This document shows positions 34,930-50,894 of a stretch of DNA of 64,000 bases, piece after piece. The stretch is from assembly GCA_949358305.1 (NCBI GenBank), contig OX442314.1, positions 7,812,001 through 7,876,000 of the forward strand, given 5' to 3'. The position numbers were made by a program, and so were the translations under genes. Each line of letters begins with the position of its first letter. Position 1 is the first letter of the stretch. Source of the stretch: Strigamia acuminata (taxonomy: Eukaryota). Under the pieces are notes generated by a model that saw only the letters and a program-made list of their open reading frames with translations, had not been told where the DNA came from and made no database searches.

Positions 34930-37435
34930 CTAAAATCAAACAAAAATAGTAAAAAATCATAAAAAACGTCAAAAAAAAGTAAAAAAATATATTAAAAACG
35001 TCAAAAAAAGTAAAAATATATATGAAAAAAGTCGAAAAATGTTTAAAAATAACAAAAAAAAGTCTAAAAATATTTTAAAAACTTCTAAAAATGTAAAAAT
35101 ATTTTAAAAACTTCTAAAAATGTAAAAATATTTTAAAAACTTCTAAAAATGTAAAAATATTTTAAGTACGTCTAAAAATATCAAGAAATGTCAAAAAAGT
35201 TTCAAAATATCAAAAAACGTCTGAAAATATCAAAAAACGTCTGAAAATATCAAAAAACGTCTGAAAATATCAAAAAACGTCTGAAAACATCAAAAAACGT
35301 CTGAAAATATCAAAAAACGTCTCAAAATATATTAAAAACGTCTAACAATATATTAAAGACGTTGGGTTAGGTTAGGTAAAGGCACGTTAGGTTAGGTTAC
35401 GTTACGTTAGGTTAAGGGCACGTTAGGTTAGGGCACGTTAGGCTACAATTTTGTTCAAAAATGTCAAAAATTTTAGAAACTTTTAGAAATTTGACAAAAG
35501 TTTGTAGAAGTTTGGCAAAAATTTGTGGAAAAAAAGGCCAAAACTGGAGGAAAAGGCAAACTTTAGGGGAAAAAAAGGCAAAAATTGACAAAAATTTGGA
35601 GAAAAAAAAGGCAAATGTTGGGGAAACAAGGCAATATTTGAAAAAAATTGGACAAGTTTGACAAAAGAAATTGTAGAAATTTGACAAAAAAAAATTGACA
35701 AAATATTGACAAGATTTCGCGAGTTTGTTCAACATTTTATTGTTTGATATTTCATCATATTTCGCGTTTTGAATGAAAATGAAAATTTAGCACCAAACAG
35801 GGAGAATGATTTACCGCACGAGGACAAAATCAATTGAAACTCAGTTGAAAAATGGTAAAATTTCACAAAATTTTCAGTAAAAATTCGCAAAACTACAAAA
35901 TTTTATTGAAAAAAACCCAGAACTTGAGAAAATTTTATTGAAAAATCCCAAAACTTGAGAAAATTTCATTGAAAAATCCCAAAACTGGAGAAAATTTTAT
36001 TGAAAAATCCGAAAACATGAGAAAATTTTATTGAAATATCCCAAAACTTGAGAAACTTTTATTGAAAAATCCCAAAACTTGAGAAAATTTCATTGAAAAA
36101 TCCGAAAACATGAGAAAATTTTATTGAAAAATCCGAAAACATGAGAAAATTTTATTGAAATATCCCAAAACTTGAGAAACTTTTATTGAAAAATCCCAAA
36201 ACTTGAGAAAATTTCAGTAGCTGCATTCAAAAATAAAAATAACAATTTTAGTTTAAGTGTATTTTAAGTTTTAACATGGGTTTAAACAAGAAATGATGTC
36301 ATTTTTGGTTTAAAATGGAAGTAAAACACAAAATATTTTAGTTTTTGAATGCAGCTAGCAAAAAAAAATGATAAAACACTTCAAATTTCCAACAAATCTC
36401 ATAAAATTCCCCAACGTCCCCAATGAATTGGCTCAAACACAATAAATAAATAAATAAACACAATAAATACAATAAAAAATACAATAAATACTTTATTATG
36501 TGCTCATTTATCCGGACTAAAAACAACATCAAACAACACATTTCAATTCTAGTAGTGAACCGCCGAGTCGAGTGTGATCACGCTCAACAATCACAATTCA
36601 CAACAATTCGCGATTCAAAATGGCTCCTAACCATAACTCACTCGCTCGAGCTCCTCGATCAGTCCTCACCCGACCCAGTCTCATTATGAAATGGCATAAT
36701 CCTGTGCAAGCCACTCGCCCTTATATCACCTAGACTATATATAGTAGTAGTACAGATACATAAAGACCTATACTTATAGTATAATAATATAATGTTTTGT
36801 ACATAAGTAAATATTTCTAGGCTTAAGTTTAACATGCAATTGCATGTTAATCTGGGAACAAGTAGAGAATGTGACGTTTTCAATACTGCTCCAAGATCAT
36901 TACATCATCAGATCAGCTTTTAAAAAGTCCCTACAATGGATACCCTCAAACCCTCACTTGTCAGACATCAAATTGAACAAATGCAACGAGCGGAACCATC
37001 AAGAAAATCCACATCGCCAAAGCCGAAGTTAGGAGACGATTTAGTTCTCGAATTGGAATGAACAACTAATTAATCAGTATCCCTTCATTTATTATTTTCT
37101 AATTAATTTCAATTTTTGACTGCTTTTATGATCAAACTGCCAATCGGACGAATGAATCGTGTGCAAAACAAATCAGCGGATTCCATGATTCCAGTTCTCT
37201 CTATTATTATTATATCGTTTAATCGTTCTGACAAATGTATATATATATATAAGATTTTATCAAGTTGTATCGTTTTCTTCCTTGCAAAAATCGTGCCTGC
37301 GTAATTCAAGTGTCTTCCAAACGTTGAATTTGTAATTTCTAGAATTTGATAAAACTCCGAGGAAATTTAATAACTTTTGTATTTTTTAATTTTTATTTCC
37401 ATAATTACAATCACATTTTACACCAAAACGTCGTT

Positions 37436-40400
37436 TTAATAGTCAAACATGTCGTTTTGCGAGTTGACGACGAATTCGTCGACGGTGGGTTCCGTCTTAA
37501 GCTTTTCGACGCCGAAATTGCTTTGCCACGAACATATCGAGGCCAGGAAACTTTCGTCTTCTTGCGTGAGGTTTTTCTTCATGTCGCCATTTTTCCTTTT
37601 TTTATTTTCCTTACCGTTCGTTTCTTTCTCTTTTTCGCGTCGCCGCTTCAATTTGCATTGCGTCGAATCGTCTTCGTCTTCGTCTTCGTTTCGTTTCTTT
37701 TCCTTCCGTTTCGCCCTCTTGTTCATCACCGCATTATCATCCTCGACAAAATTTTCCTCGTTTCCGTCTCGTTTTTTCCGTTTCCTGTGCTTCTCGTGGT
37801 CGGAACCGTCCGTTTCGTTCCCGTTTCCGTGTTTCCGTTTCCCCTTTTTACCTTTTGCCACCTCCTTTTCCTCCTGGCGACGTTTCTTCGCCTTTCTTCC
37901 ACTTTTTTCGACCACGGGGCTCTTGAGAACCTCCAAACAATCGTCCACCGACGACCGCAAATTCGCAAACACGTCGTCCTCCTCGCTCGACGCGAACGTC
38001 ACGTCCATCTGGGGTACGGAATACCCGTCACCGTTCGTACAGACGCTCAAATCGTGGCAAACTTGGACCAATTCGAGCGGGTCGTGAAACAAAGTGACTT
38101 CGCAGCCCGACAGCCGCTGGCCGGGCTCGAATTGCTCGCAGTAGACGCCATTTTGATTTTCCGGCCTAAATACGTGGTCGTAATGAATGAAGTTGGTGTC
38201 GCTGTTTAAATTTCCGTCGCCAGAGACCATGACTAGCCGGCTATTTGGTGTTTCGTCGTCGTTGTCGTCGTGGTGGTTAATTGCGACTATTCCGCTGAAT
38301 TCGGGTGTTTCGGCGCTTTGGTCGAGGATTGTGGTGTTGTAGGCCGAGTCGTCGGTTGGTTTGTTTTCGTGTTCGTCTTCGTCGAGATCTGCTGTGTCCA
38401 GTTTGAGGAATAATTCCAAAATGGAGTCGAGTTTGACGAGGTGTTTTTCGTGGTGTCGGGAAAGTTTGCGCCGAACTTTCTTGGTGTATTCGTTTTCTGG
38501 AAATGGTATGGGTTTTAAATGTTTTCGTTTGTCAAAAATGCACTTTTGTTAGGCGCAAGAATTCATTTTTTTGGTGTAAAATTATTTTTTTTGGTGTAAA
38601 ATTATTTTTTTTGGTATGAAATTATTTTGTTTAATGTAAAATTATTTATTTTTCGTATAAAATAATTTTTTTTGGTGTAAAATTATTTTTTTTGGTGTAA
38701 AATTATTATTTTTTTGGTGTAAAAATGACATTTTTTGGTGTAAAAATGACATTTTTTGGTGTAAAAATGACATTTTTTGGTGTAAAAATGTCATTGTTTG
38801 GTGTAAAATAGCATTCTTTTGTGCAAAAATGCATCATTTAATGCAAAATTTCATTTTTTTTATGCATCTTTGGTGCAATTAATTTTTTGGTGTATTTTTG
38901 GTTCAAAAATGCAAATCGATTCATTTGGTGCCAAATGCAAAAATCATAAAAAAAGAGTTATATTTTATACCTGTATTTGTCAACGACATGAAAACCACCG
39001 CCTTGTTAAGAAACAAATCCGCTCTTTGCACACTTTTAATCTTCACTTCCTTCAACACAAAATGGAATTCGGGCCACCAATCGGACCTACCCCTCCACAA
39101 CTCTCCCAACTTCTTAAACTCCGCTCGAACAGGACTAAAAAAAAACATAAAAAACATAAACAAACAAACAAAGAAACCAACAATAATTTCCTTCACACAC
39201 AATTGATACAAATTCAATATCCGATTTGCAAAAATATTCCACGCCGACGCGTCATTCCTCCACTGCGGATGATCGATCATATTAAAATACGACTCCAGCT
39301 CCAAACAGTTATTCGTCGACCTCAACAACGAAGGAAAATCGAAAATCCTTCTATCACATGGTTTCACCAGTTGCAATTTCTAAAAAAAAAAATTAAAATT
39401 AAATTAATGATACAATGAATATTTTTTTCGTCACCTTTAATGTGGTCACCAACAACGTCCTGAGATGTTTAAAATGTTTACGGACGAAATCGTAAAAGAA
39501 AATATACGCGTTTGGATTCAACGGGTTCGATTTGCAGTAATTATGCAACGTGACGATCGCTTTTTCTTTCCTATCGCAAAATTCCATCAACTAAATTAAA
39601 AATTATTAATAAAAAACAATTATTTTCGACTTTATCGATTTTTTATTTCGATTTCAAACCTCGAGATATTTCGAAACGAACATGTCCCAATTGCCGGGCT
39701 CCTGAAACAGCGCTTCGAACATCTCGATCGCGTTGTTTGCCAAACTTCCACGCTCGTGGATCTGTAAACGCGTTTGTCGTTCTTGCGAATCTAAAAAAAA
39801 AAAAATTAATCAAATCGATTTAATATGAGATTATGAATGAAATCGATTTAATATGAGATTATGAATGAAATCGATTTACAGATGTCGTCTTCGTCGTTTT
39901 GTCCGATTCCTTCTTCGCTGGTCACCCAATCGATGTATTTACACAGCGCTTTGTAAGCTTTGAGTATGGTAAACACATGTTTTTGTTTTTCGTTCAGTTT
40001 GGGAATGAAAATTTTCTTTAAAACGGTTTCGTCCTGTGAAAAAATGATTGAAATTATTAAAAATTACGATTTTGGAGTTTGGAAATGAGAAAAATGAGAA
40101 AAATTACTTCAATTATTTGTTTGGCGGTTACGAAATCGCCGTTTATTAGCAGCACCATTACGTTTTTCAAAATGGACGCCGGGTGGAAGACTTTGTCCAT
40201 TCTGGCCATCGAACTGAAACAAGCAAAATTTAAAAAAATTTATAACTATTGAAAATTATGGGGGAAAAAATTACGTACTTTGAAAATTGATTTAATAATT
40301 CGTAATTCGATCTAGAATGATTGCAAAATACTTGAAATCCAGCCTGTAATTAAGCAGGAAAAGATCGTAAATGTTTAAGATGACGTATAATTTAGTTTTT

Positions 40401-40540
40401 CACCATTGCTATTATCTCGGAAGTGCGATCCGTTTCGTATGTTAACGCGTTTAATATTTTCGCGGCGGCTTTCCACCGATGACAAACGATGGTTTCCTTC
40501 AACATGGCAATTTGTCTTTGAGACCAAAGCGTTAACGGCC
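37436..40540 (-). CDS. TAF1A: TAF1A-like copy 3
   Basis: Same exon structure; private K>R (QWRND). Confidence 0.8.
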
Positions 40541-43052
40541 CTAAAATCAAACAAAAATAGTAAAAAATCATAAAAAACGTCAAAAAAAAGTAAAAAAATA
40601 TATTAAAAACGTCAAAAAAAGTAAAAATATATATGAAAAAAGTCGAAAAATGTTTAAAAATAACAAAAAAAAGTCTAAAAATATTTTAAAAACTTCTAAA
40701 AATGTAAAAATATTTTAAAAACTTCTAAAAATGTAAAAATATTTTAAAAACTTCTAAAAATGTAAAAATATTTTAAGTACGTCTAAAAATATCAAGAAAT
40801 GTCAAAAAAGTTTCAAAATATCAAAAAACGTCTGAAAATATCAAAAAACGTCTGAAAATATCAAAAAACGTCTGAAAATATCAAAAAACGTCTGAAAACA
40901 TCAAAAAACGTCTGAAAATATCAAAAAACGTCTCAAAATATATTAAAAACGTCTAACAATATATTAAAGACGTTGGGTTAGGTTAGGTAAAGGCACGTTA
41001 GGTTAGGTTACGTTACGTTAGGTTAAGGGCACGTTAGGTTAGGGCACGTTAGGCTACAATTTTGTTCAAAAATGTCAAAAATTTTAGAAACTTTTAGAAA
41101 TTTGACAAAAGTTTGTAGAAGTTTGGCAAAAATTTGTGGAAAAAAAGGCCAAAACTGGAGGAAAAGGCAAACTTTAGGGGAAAAAAAGGCAAAAATTGAC
41201 AAAAATTTGGAGAAAAAAAAGGCAAATGTTGGGGAAACAAGGCAATATTTGAAAAAAATTGGACAAGTTTGACAAAAGAAATTGTAGAAATTTGACAAAA
41301 AAAAATTGACAAAATATTGACAAGATTTCGCGAGTTTGTTCAACATTTTATTGTTTGATATTTCATCATATTTCGCGTTTTGAATGAAAATGAAAATTTA
41401 GCACCAAACAGGGAGAATGATTTACCGCACGAGGACAAAATCAATTGAAACTCAGTTGAAAAATGGTAAAATTTCACAAAATTTTCAGTAAAAATTCGCA
41501 AAACTACAAAATTTTATTGAAAAAAACCCAGAACTTGAGAAAATTTTATTGAAAAATCCCAAAACTTGAGAAAATTTCATTGAAAAATCCCAAAACTGGA
41601 GAAAATTTTATTGAAAAATCCGAAAACATGAGAAAATTTTATTGAAATATCCCAAAACTTGAGAAACTTTTATTGAAAAATCCCAAAACTTGAGAAAATT
41701 TCATTGAAAAATCCGAAAACATGAGAAAATTTTATTGAAAAATCCGAAAACATGAGAAAATTTTATTGAAATATCCCAAAACTTGAGAAACTTTTATTGA
41801 AAAATCCCAAAACTTGAGAAAATTTCAGTAGCTGCATTCAAAAATAAAAATAACAATTTTAGTTTAAGTGTATTTTAAGTTTTAACATGGGTTTAAACAA
41901 GAAATGATGTCATTTTTGGTTTAAAATGGAAGTAAAACACAAAATATTTTAGTTTTTGAATGCAGCTAGCAAAAAAAAATGATAAAACACTTCAAATTTC
42001 CAACAAATCTCATAAAATTCCCCAACGTCCCCAATGAATTGGCTCAAACACAATAAATAAATAAATAAACACAATAAATACAATAAAAAATACAATAAAT
42101 ACTTTATTATGTGCTCATTTATCCGGACTAAAAACAACATCAAACAACACATTTCAATTCTAGTAGTGAACCGCCGAGTCGAGTGTGATCACGCTCAACA
42201 ATCACAATTCACAACAATTCGCGATTCAAAATGGCTCCTAACCATAACTCACTCGCTCGAGCTCCTCGATCAGTCCTCACCCGACCCAGTCTCATTATGA
42301 AATGGCATAATCCTGTGCAAGCCACTCGCCCTTATATCACCTAGACTATATATAGTAGTAGTACAGATACATAAAGACCTATACTTATAGTATAATAATA
42401 TAATGTTTTGTACATAAGTAAATATTTCTAGGCTTAAGTTTAACATGCAATTGCATGTTAATCTGGGAACAAGTAGAGAATGTGACGTTTTCAATACTGC
42501 TCCAAGATCATTACATCATCAGATCAGCTTTTAAAAAGTCCCTACAATGGATACCCTCAAACCCTCACTTGTCAGACATCAAATTGAACAAATGCAACGA
42601 GCGGAACCATCAAGAAAATCCACATCGCCAAAGCCGAAGTTAGGAGACGATTTAGTTCTCGAATTGGAATGAACAACTAATTAATCAGTATCCCTTCATT
42701 TATTATTTTCTAATTAATTTCAATTTTTGAGTGCTTTATCAAACTGCCAATCGGACGAATCGTGTGCAAAACAAATCAGCGAATTCCATGATTCCAGTTC
42801 TCTATTATATCGTTTAATCGTTCTGACAAATGTGTATATATATATATATAAGATTTATCAAGTTGTATCGTTTTCTTCCTTGCAAAAATCGTGCCTGCGT
42901 AATTCAAAGTGTCTTCCAAACGTTTTATTTCTCTGTAGTTTCTAGAATTTGATAAAAATCAAAGAAAATTTATAAATCGAAAAATAATTTTCGTTTTTTA
43001 ATTTTTATTTCCATAATTACAATCACATTTACACCAAAACGTCGTTTTAAAG

Positions 43053-43288
43053 TCAAACATGTCGTTTTACGACTATTCCGCTGAATTCGGGTGTTTCGAC
43101 GCTTTGGTCGAGGATTGTGGTGTTGTAGGCCGAGTCGTCGGTTGGTTTGTTTTCGTGTTCGTCTTCGTCGAGATCTGATGTGTCCAGTTTGAGGAATAAT
43201 TCCAAAATGGAGTCGAGTTTGACGAGGTGTTTTTCGTGGTGTCGGGAAAGTTTGCGCCGAATTTTCTTGGTGTACCGGTATTCGTTTT
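43053..43288 (-). pseudogene. Deleted TAF1A-like last exon (module A2)
   Basis: Same sequence as 24265-24500. Confidence 0.85.
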
Positions 43289-44435
43289 CTGGAAATAGTA
43301 TGGTTTTTAAATGTTTTCGTTTGTGCAAAAATGAAATTTTTTGTGCAAAAATGAAATTTTTTGTGCAAAAATGAAATTTTTTGTGCAAAAATGAAATTTT
43401 TTGTGCAAAAATGAAATTTTTTGTGCAAAAATGAAATTTTTTGTGCAAAAATGAAATTTTTTGTGCAAAAATAAAATTTTTTGTGCAAAAATGAAATTTT
43501 TTTGTGCAAAAATGAAATTTTTTGTGCAAAAGTAGGGGGTTTGTGGCAGTCCTGGACCAGGTGGTTGGTGGTCAGGTGGGGTGGGGGTAGCGAGGGGTAA
43601 GTGGGGGAGGAGATAAGGGGAGGGGGAGATAAGGGGTGGGGGAGATAAGGGGAGGGGGAGATAAGAGGAGGGATATGTGGGGGATGACTAATTGCTTCAA
43701 TCAATCAGTCTTATCATTCGATCAACATGTCCTAGGCTATTATTTGTTATTGTTGTTTTTCTTTACTTAAGTACCTTGTTATTGTTTTTCCCATCTTTGT
43801 CTCTGCTTTGAAATAAAGTACCTTGTTGTTATTTTTCTCAATTTATCTCCAATCTTCAAAGGACCCGAAGACTACTTTTAACCAAAGGAGGGATATTATT
43901 GGCTAGACTTCTTAACCAATGGGAAACTAGTATTGTATATATACTTGCAATGTCCTACACACTTCTCTTCTCTTCTTGCAAGTGCTTGGTACTGTTTGAA
44001 TCATGGAATTTAACCACATCCACTCTGAATTTGAAGAGTTGCTTATGGAAGTTGAAGAATCTCTCTTTCCTCAAGTAAACACGCCCAATCCTCTACCGGA
44101 TGTTGATGAAGAAAATGGTTACAATGATTCTCCATGTTGGATTTATAATCATTCTTCCATTTACCCACTCTCACCACCTACCATCATCAACCAGTCTCAA
44201 CATGTGCCATCTCCAACCATCATCAACCAGTCTCAACTTGTGTCATCTCCAACCTGCGTCATCCAATCTCAACCTGTGTCATCTCAATCATGCAATCCAT
44301 TGTTATCATGTGAGTCTCCCTACCACTACCAATCAAATTTGCACAAAGCAGGAACAAGCAACATCATCAATCCCCCATCTCCTATGACACTAGTGCAACA
44401 AATTGGAGGTGGACAGAAAGTACATTCGTGTGAGT

Positions 44436-44671
44436 ACTGTCATCGACATAAGAGTCAAAGAAGGCGACAAGGTACAAACAACATACTAATTTTCTTTCAA
44501 AATTTCTAAAATTCTTTTTCGCAGGTTGAAAAAGGCGCACCGATGGTCGTCCTCAGCGCCATGAAAATGGAAATGGTGGTCCAAGCGCCCATGAGTGGAA
44601 CCATCAAGAAAATCCACATCGCCAAAGACATGAAACTCGAAGGAGATGATTTAGTTCTCGAATTGGAATGA
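44436..44671 (+). pseudogene. Duplicated PC 3' end (terminal exon 44525-44671)
   Basis: Same as 25608-25843. Confidence 0.9.
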
Positions 44672-45041
44672 ACAACCAACTAATCATATCCCTTCATTTA
44701 TTTTCTAATTAATTTCAATTTTTGACTGCTTTTATGATCAAACTGCCAATCGGACGAATGAATCGTGTGCAAAACAAATCAGCGGATTCCATGATTCCAG
44801 TTCTCTCTATTATTATTATATCGTTTAATCGTTCTGACAAATGTATATGTATATATAAGATTTTATCAAGTTGTATCGTTTTCTTCCTTGCAAAAATCGT
44901 GCCTGCGTAATTCAAGTGTCTTCCAAACGTTGAATTTGTAATTTCTAGAATTTGATAAAACTCCGAGGAAATTTAATAACTTTTGTATTTTTTAATTTTT
45001 ATTTCCATAATTACAATCACATTTTACACCAAAACGTCGTT

Positions 45042-48000
45042 TTAATAGTCAAACATGTCGTTTTGCGAGTTGACGACGAATTCGTCGACGGTGGGTTCCG
45101 TCTTAAGCTTTTCGACGCCGAAATTGCTTTGCCACGAACATATCGAGGCCAGGAAACTTTCGTCTTCTTGCGTGAGGTTTTTCTTCATGTCGCCATTTTT
45201 CCTTTTTTTATTTTCCTTACCGTTCGTTTCTTTCTCTTTTTCGCGTCGCCGCTTCAATTTGCATTGCGTCGAATCGTCTTCGTCTTCGTCTTCGTTTCGT
45301 TTCTTTTCCTTCCGTTTCGCCCTCTTGTTCATCACCGCATTATCATCCTCGACAAAATTTTCCTCGTTTCCGTCTCGTTTTTTCCGTTTCCTGTGCTTCT
45401 CGTGGTCGGAACCGTCCGTTTCGTTCCCGTTTCCGTGTTTCCGTTTCCCCTTTTTACCTTTTGCCACCTCCTTTTCCTCCTGGCGACGTTTCTTCGCCTT
45501 TCTTCCACTTTTTTCGACCACGGGGCTCTTGAGAACCTCCAAACAATCGTCCACCGACGACCGCAAATTCGCAAACACGTCGTCCTCCTCGCTCGACGCG
45601 AACGTCACGTCCATCTGGGGTACGGAATACCCGTCACCGTTCGTACAGACGCTCAAATCGTGGCAAACTTGGACCAATTCGAGCGGGTCGTGAAACAAAG
45701 TGACTTCGCAGCCCGACAGCCGCTGGCCGGGCTCGAATTGCTCGCAGTAGACGCCATTTTGATTTTCCGGCCTAAATACGTGGTCGTAATGAATGAAGTT
45801 GGTGTCGCTGTTTAAATTTCCGTCGCCAGAGACCATGACTAGCCGGCTATTTGGTGTTTCGTCGTCGTTGTCGTCGTGGTGGTTAATTGCGACTATTCCG
45901 CTGAATTCGGGTGTTTCGGCGCTTTGGTCGAGGATTGTGGTGTTGTAGGCCGAGTCGTCGGTTGGTTTGTTTTCGTGTTCGTCTTCGTCGAGATCTGTTG
46001 TGTCCAGTTTGAGGAATAATTCCAAAATGGAGTCGAGTTTGACGAGGTGTTTTTCGTGGTGTCGGGAAAGTTTGCGCCGAACTTTCTTGGTGTATTCGTT
46101 TTCTGGAAATGGTATGGGTTTTAAATGTTTTCGTTTGTCAAAAATGCACTTTTGTTAGGCGCAAGAATTCATTTTTTTGGTGTAAAATTATTTTTTTTGG
46201 TGTAAAATTATTTTTTTTGGTATGAAATTATTTTGTTTAATGTAAAATTATTTATTTTTCGTATAAAATAATTTTTTTTGGTGTAAAATTATTTTTTTTG
46301 GTGTAAAATTATTATTTTTTTGGTGTAAAAATGACATTTTTTGGTGTAAAAATGACATTTTTTGGTGTAAAAATGACATTTTTTGGTGTAAAAATGTCAT
46401 TGTTTGGTGTAAAATAGCATTCTTTTGTGCAAAAATGCATCATTTAATGCAAAATTTCATTTTTTTTATGCATCTTTGGTGCAATTAATTTTTTGGTGTA
46501 TTTTTGGTTCAAAAATGCAAATCGATTCATTTGGTGCCAAATGCAAAAATCATAAAAAAAGAGTTATATTTTATACCTGTATTTGTCAACGACATGAAAA
46601 CCACCGCCTTGTTAAGAAACAAATCCGCTCTTTGCACACTTTTAATCTTCACTTCCTTCAACACAAAATGGAATTCGGGCCACCAATCGGACCTACCCCT
46701 CCACAACTCTCCCAACTTCTTAAACTCCGCTCGAACAGGACTAAAAAAAAACATAAAAAACATAAACAAACAAACAAAGAAACCAACAATAATTTCCTTC
46801 ACACACAATTGATACAAATTCAATATCCGATTTGCAAAAATATTCCACGCCGACGCGTCATTCTTCCACTGCGGATGATCGATCATATTAAAATACGACT
46901 CCAGCTCCAAACAGTTATCCGTCGACTTCAACAACGAAGGAAAATCGAAAATCCTTCTATCACATGGTTTCACCAGTTGCAATTTCTAAAAAAAAAAATT
47001 AAAATTAAATTAATGATACAATGAATATTTTTTTCGTCACCTTTAATGTGGTCACCAACAACGTCCTGAGATGTTTAAAATGTTTACGGACGAAATCGTA
47101 AAAGAAAATATACGCGTTTGGATTCAACGGGTTCGATTTGCAGTAATTATGCAACGTGACGATCGCTTTTTCTTTCCTATCGCAAAATTCCATCAACTAA
47201 ATTAAAAATTATTAATAAAAAACAATTATTTTCGACTTTATCGATTTTTTATTTCGATTTCAAACCTCGAGATATTTCGAAACGAACATGTCCCAATTGC
47301 CGGGCTCCTGAAACAGCGCTTCGAACATCTCGATCGCGTTGTTTGCCAAACTTCCACGCTCGTGGATCTGTAAACGCGTTTGTCGTTCTTGCGAATCTAA
47401 AAAAAAAAAAATTAATCAAATCGATTTAATATGAGATTATGAATGAAATCGATTTAATATGAGATTATGAATGAAATCGATTTACAGATGTCGTCTTCGT
47501 CGTTTTGTCCGATTCCTTCTTCGCTGGTCACCCAATCGATGTATTTACACAGCGCTTTGTAAGCTTTGAGTATGGTAAACACATGTTTTTGTTTTTCGTT
47601 CAGTTTGGGAATGAAAATTTTCTTTAAAACGGTTTCGTCCTGTGAAAAAATGATTGAAATTATTAAAAATTACGATTTTGGAGTTTGGAAATGAGAAAAA
47701 TGAGAAAAATTACTTCAATTATTTGTTTGGCGGTTACGAAATCGCCGTTTATTAGCAGCACCATTACGTTTTTCAAAATGGACGCCGGGTGGAAGACTTT
47801 GTCCATTCTGGCCATCGAACTGAAACAAGCAAAATTTAAAAAAATTTATAACTATTGAAAATTATGGGGGAAAAAATTACGTACTTTGAAAATTGATTTA
47901 ATAATTCGTAATTCGATCTAGAATGATTGCAAAATACTTGAAATCCAGCCTGTAATTAAGCAGGAAAAGATCGTAAATGTTTAAGATGACGTATAATTTA

Positions 48001-48146
48001 GTTTTTCACCATTGCTATTATCTCGGAAGTGCGATCCGTTTCGTATGTTAACGCGTTTAATATTTTCGCGGCGGCTTTCCACCGATGACAAACGATGGTT
48101 TCCTTCAACATGGCAATTTGTCTTTGAGACCAAAGCGTTAACGGCC
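45042..48146 (-). CDS. TAF1A: TAF1A-like copy 4
   Basis: Same exon structure; LKSTDN variant. Confidence 0.8.
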
Positions 48147-50658
48147 CTAAAATCAAACAAAAATAGTAAAAAATCATAAAAAACGTCAAAAAAAAGTAAA
48201 AAAATATATTAAAAACGTCAAAAAAAGTAAAAATATATATGAAAAAAGTCGAAAAATGTTTAAAAATAACAAAAAAAAGTCTAAAAATATTTTAAAAACT
48301 TCTAAAAATGTAAAAATATTTTAAAAACTTCTAAAAATGTAAAAATATTTTAAAAACTTCTAAAAATGTAAAAATATTTTAAGTACGTCTAAAAATATCA
48401 AGAAATGTCAAAAAAGTTTCAAAATATCAAAAAACGTCTGAAAATATCAAAAAACGTCTGAAAATATCAAAAAACGTCTGAAAATATCAAAAAACGTCTG
48501 AAAACATCAAAAAACGTCTGAAAATATCAAAAAACGTCTCAAAATATATTAAAAACGTCTAACAATATATTAAAGACGTTGGGTTAGGTTAGGTAAAGGC
48601 ACGTTAGGTTAGGTTACGTTACGTTAGGTTAAGGGCACGTTAGGTTAGGGCACGTTAGGCTACAATTTTGTTCAAAAATGTCAAAAATTTTAGAAACTTT
48701 TAGAAATTTGACAAAAGTTTGTAGAAGTTTGGCAAAAATTTGTGGAAAAAAAGGCCAAAACTGGAGGAAAAGGCAAACTTTAGGGGAAAAAAAGGCAAAA
48801 ATTGACAAAAATTTGGAGAAAAAAAAGGCAAATGTTGGGGAAACAAGGCAATATTTGAAAAAAATTGGACAAGTTTGACAAAAGAAATTGTAGAAATTTG
48901 ACAAAAAAAAATTGACAAAATATTGACAAGATTTCGCGAGTTTGTTCAACATTTTATTGTTTGATATTTCATCATATTTCGCGTTTTGAATGAAAATGAA
49001 AATTTAGCACCAAACAGGGAGAATGATTTACCGCACGAGGACAAAATCAATTGAAACTCAGTTGAAAAATGGTAAAATTTCACAAAATTTTCAGTAAAAA
49101 TTCGCAAAACTACAAAATTTTATTGAAAAAAACCCAGAACTTGAGAAAATTTTATTGAAAAATCCCAAAACTTGAGAAAATTTCATTGAAAAATCCCAAA
49201 ACTGGAGAAAATTTTATTGAAAAATCCGAAAACATGAGAAAATTTTATTGAAATATCCCAAAACTTGAGAAACTTTTATTGAAAAATCCCAAAACTTGAG
49301 AAAATTTCATTGAAAAATCCGAAAACATGAGAAAATTTTATTGAAAAATCCGAAAACATGAGAAAATTTTATTGAAATATCCCAAAACTTGAGAAACTTT
49401 TATTGAAAAATCCCAAAACTTGAGAAAATTTCAGTAGCTGCATTCAAAAATAAAAATAACAATTTTAGTTTAAGTGTATTTTAAGTTTTAACATGGGTTT
49501 AAACAAGAAATGATGTCATTTTTGGTTTAAAATGGAAGTAAAACACAAAATATTTTAGTTTTTGAATGCAGCTAGCAAAAAAAAATGATAAAACACTTCA
49601 AATTTCCAACAAATCTCATAAAATTCCCCAACGTCCCCAATGAATTGGCTCAAACACAATAAATAAATAAATAAACACAATAAATACAATAAAAAATACA
49701 ATAAATACTTTATTATGTGCTCATTTATCCGGACTAAAAACAACATCAAACAACACATTTCAATTCTAGTAGTGAACCGCCGAGTCGAGTGTGATCACGC
49801 TCAACAATCACAATTCACAACAATTCGCGATTCAAAATGGCTCCTAACCATAACTCACTCGCTCGAGCTCCTCGATCAGTCCTCACCCGACCCAGTCTCA
49901 TTATGAAATGGCATAATCCTGTGCAAGCCACTCGCCCTTATATCACCTAGACTATATATAGTAGTAGTACAGATACATAAAGACCTATACTTATAGTATA
50001 ATAATATAATGTTTTGTACATAAGTAAATATTTCTAGGCTTAAGTTTAACATGCAATTGCATGTTAATCTGGGAACAAGTAGAGAATGTGACGTTTTCAA
50101 TACTGCTCCAAGATCATTACATCATCAGATCAGCTTTTAAAAAGTCCCTACAATGGATACCCTCAAACCCTCACTTGTCAGACATCAAATTGAACAAATG
50201 CAACGAGCGGAACCATCAAGAAAATCCACATCGCCAAAGCCGAAGTTAGGAGACGATTTAGTTCTCGAATTGGAATGAACAACTAATTAATCAGTATCCC
50301 TTCATTTATTATTTTCTAATTAATTTCAATTTTTGAGTGCTTTATCAAACTGCCAATCGGACGAATCGTGTGCAAAACAAATCAGCGAATTCCATGATTC
50401 CAGTTCTCTATTATATCGTTTAATCGTTCTGACAAATGTGTATATATATATATATAAGATTTATCAAGTTGTATCGTTTTCTTCCTTGCAAAAATCGTGC
50501 CTGCGTAATTCAAAGTGTCTTCCAAACGTTTTATTTCTCTGTAGTTTCTAGAATTTGATAAAAATCAAAGAAAATTTATAAATCGAAAAATAATTTTCGT
50601 TTTTTAATTTTTATTTCCATAATTACAATCACATTTACACCAAAACGTCGTTTTAAAG

Positions 50659-50894
50659 TCAAACATGTCGTTTTACGACTATTCCGCTGAATTCGGGTGT
50701 TTCGACGCTTTGGTCGAGGATTGTGGTGTTGTAGGCCGAGTCGTCGGTTGGTTTGTTTTCGTGTTCGTCTTCGTCGAGATCTGATGTGTCCAGTTTGAGG
50801 AATAATTCCAAAATGGAGTCGAGTTTGACGAGGTGTTTTTCGTGGTGTCGGGAAAGTTTGCGCCGAATTTTCTTGGTGTACCGGTATTCGTTTT
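50659..50894 (-). pseudogene. Deleted TAF1A-like last exon (module A3)
   Basis: Same sequence as 24265-24500. Confidence 0.85.
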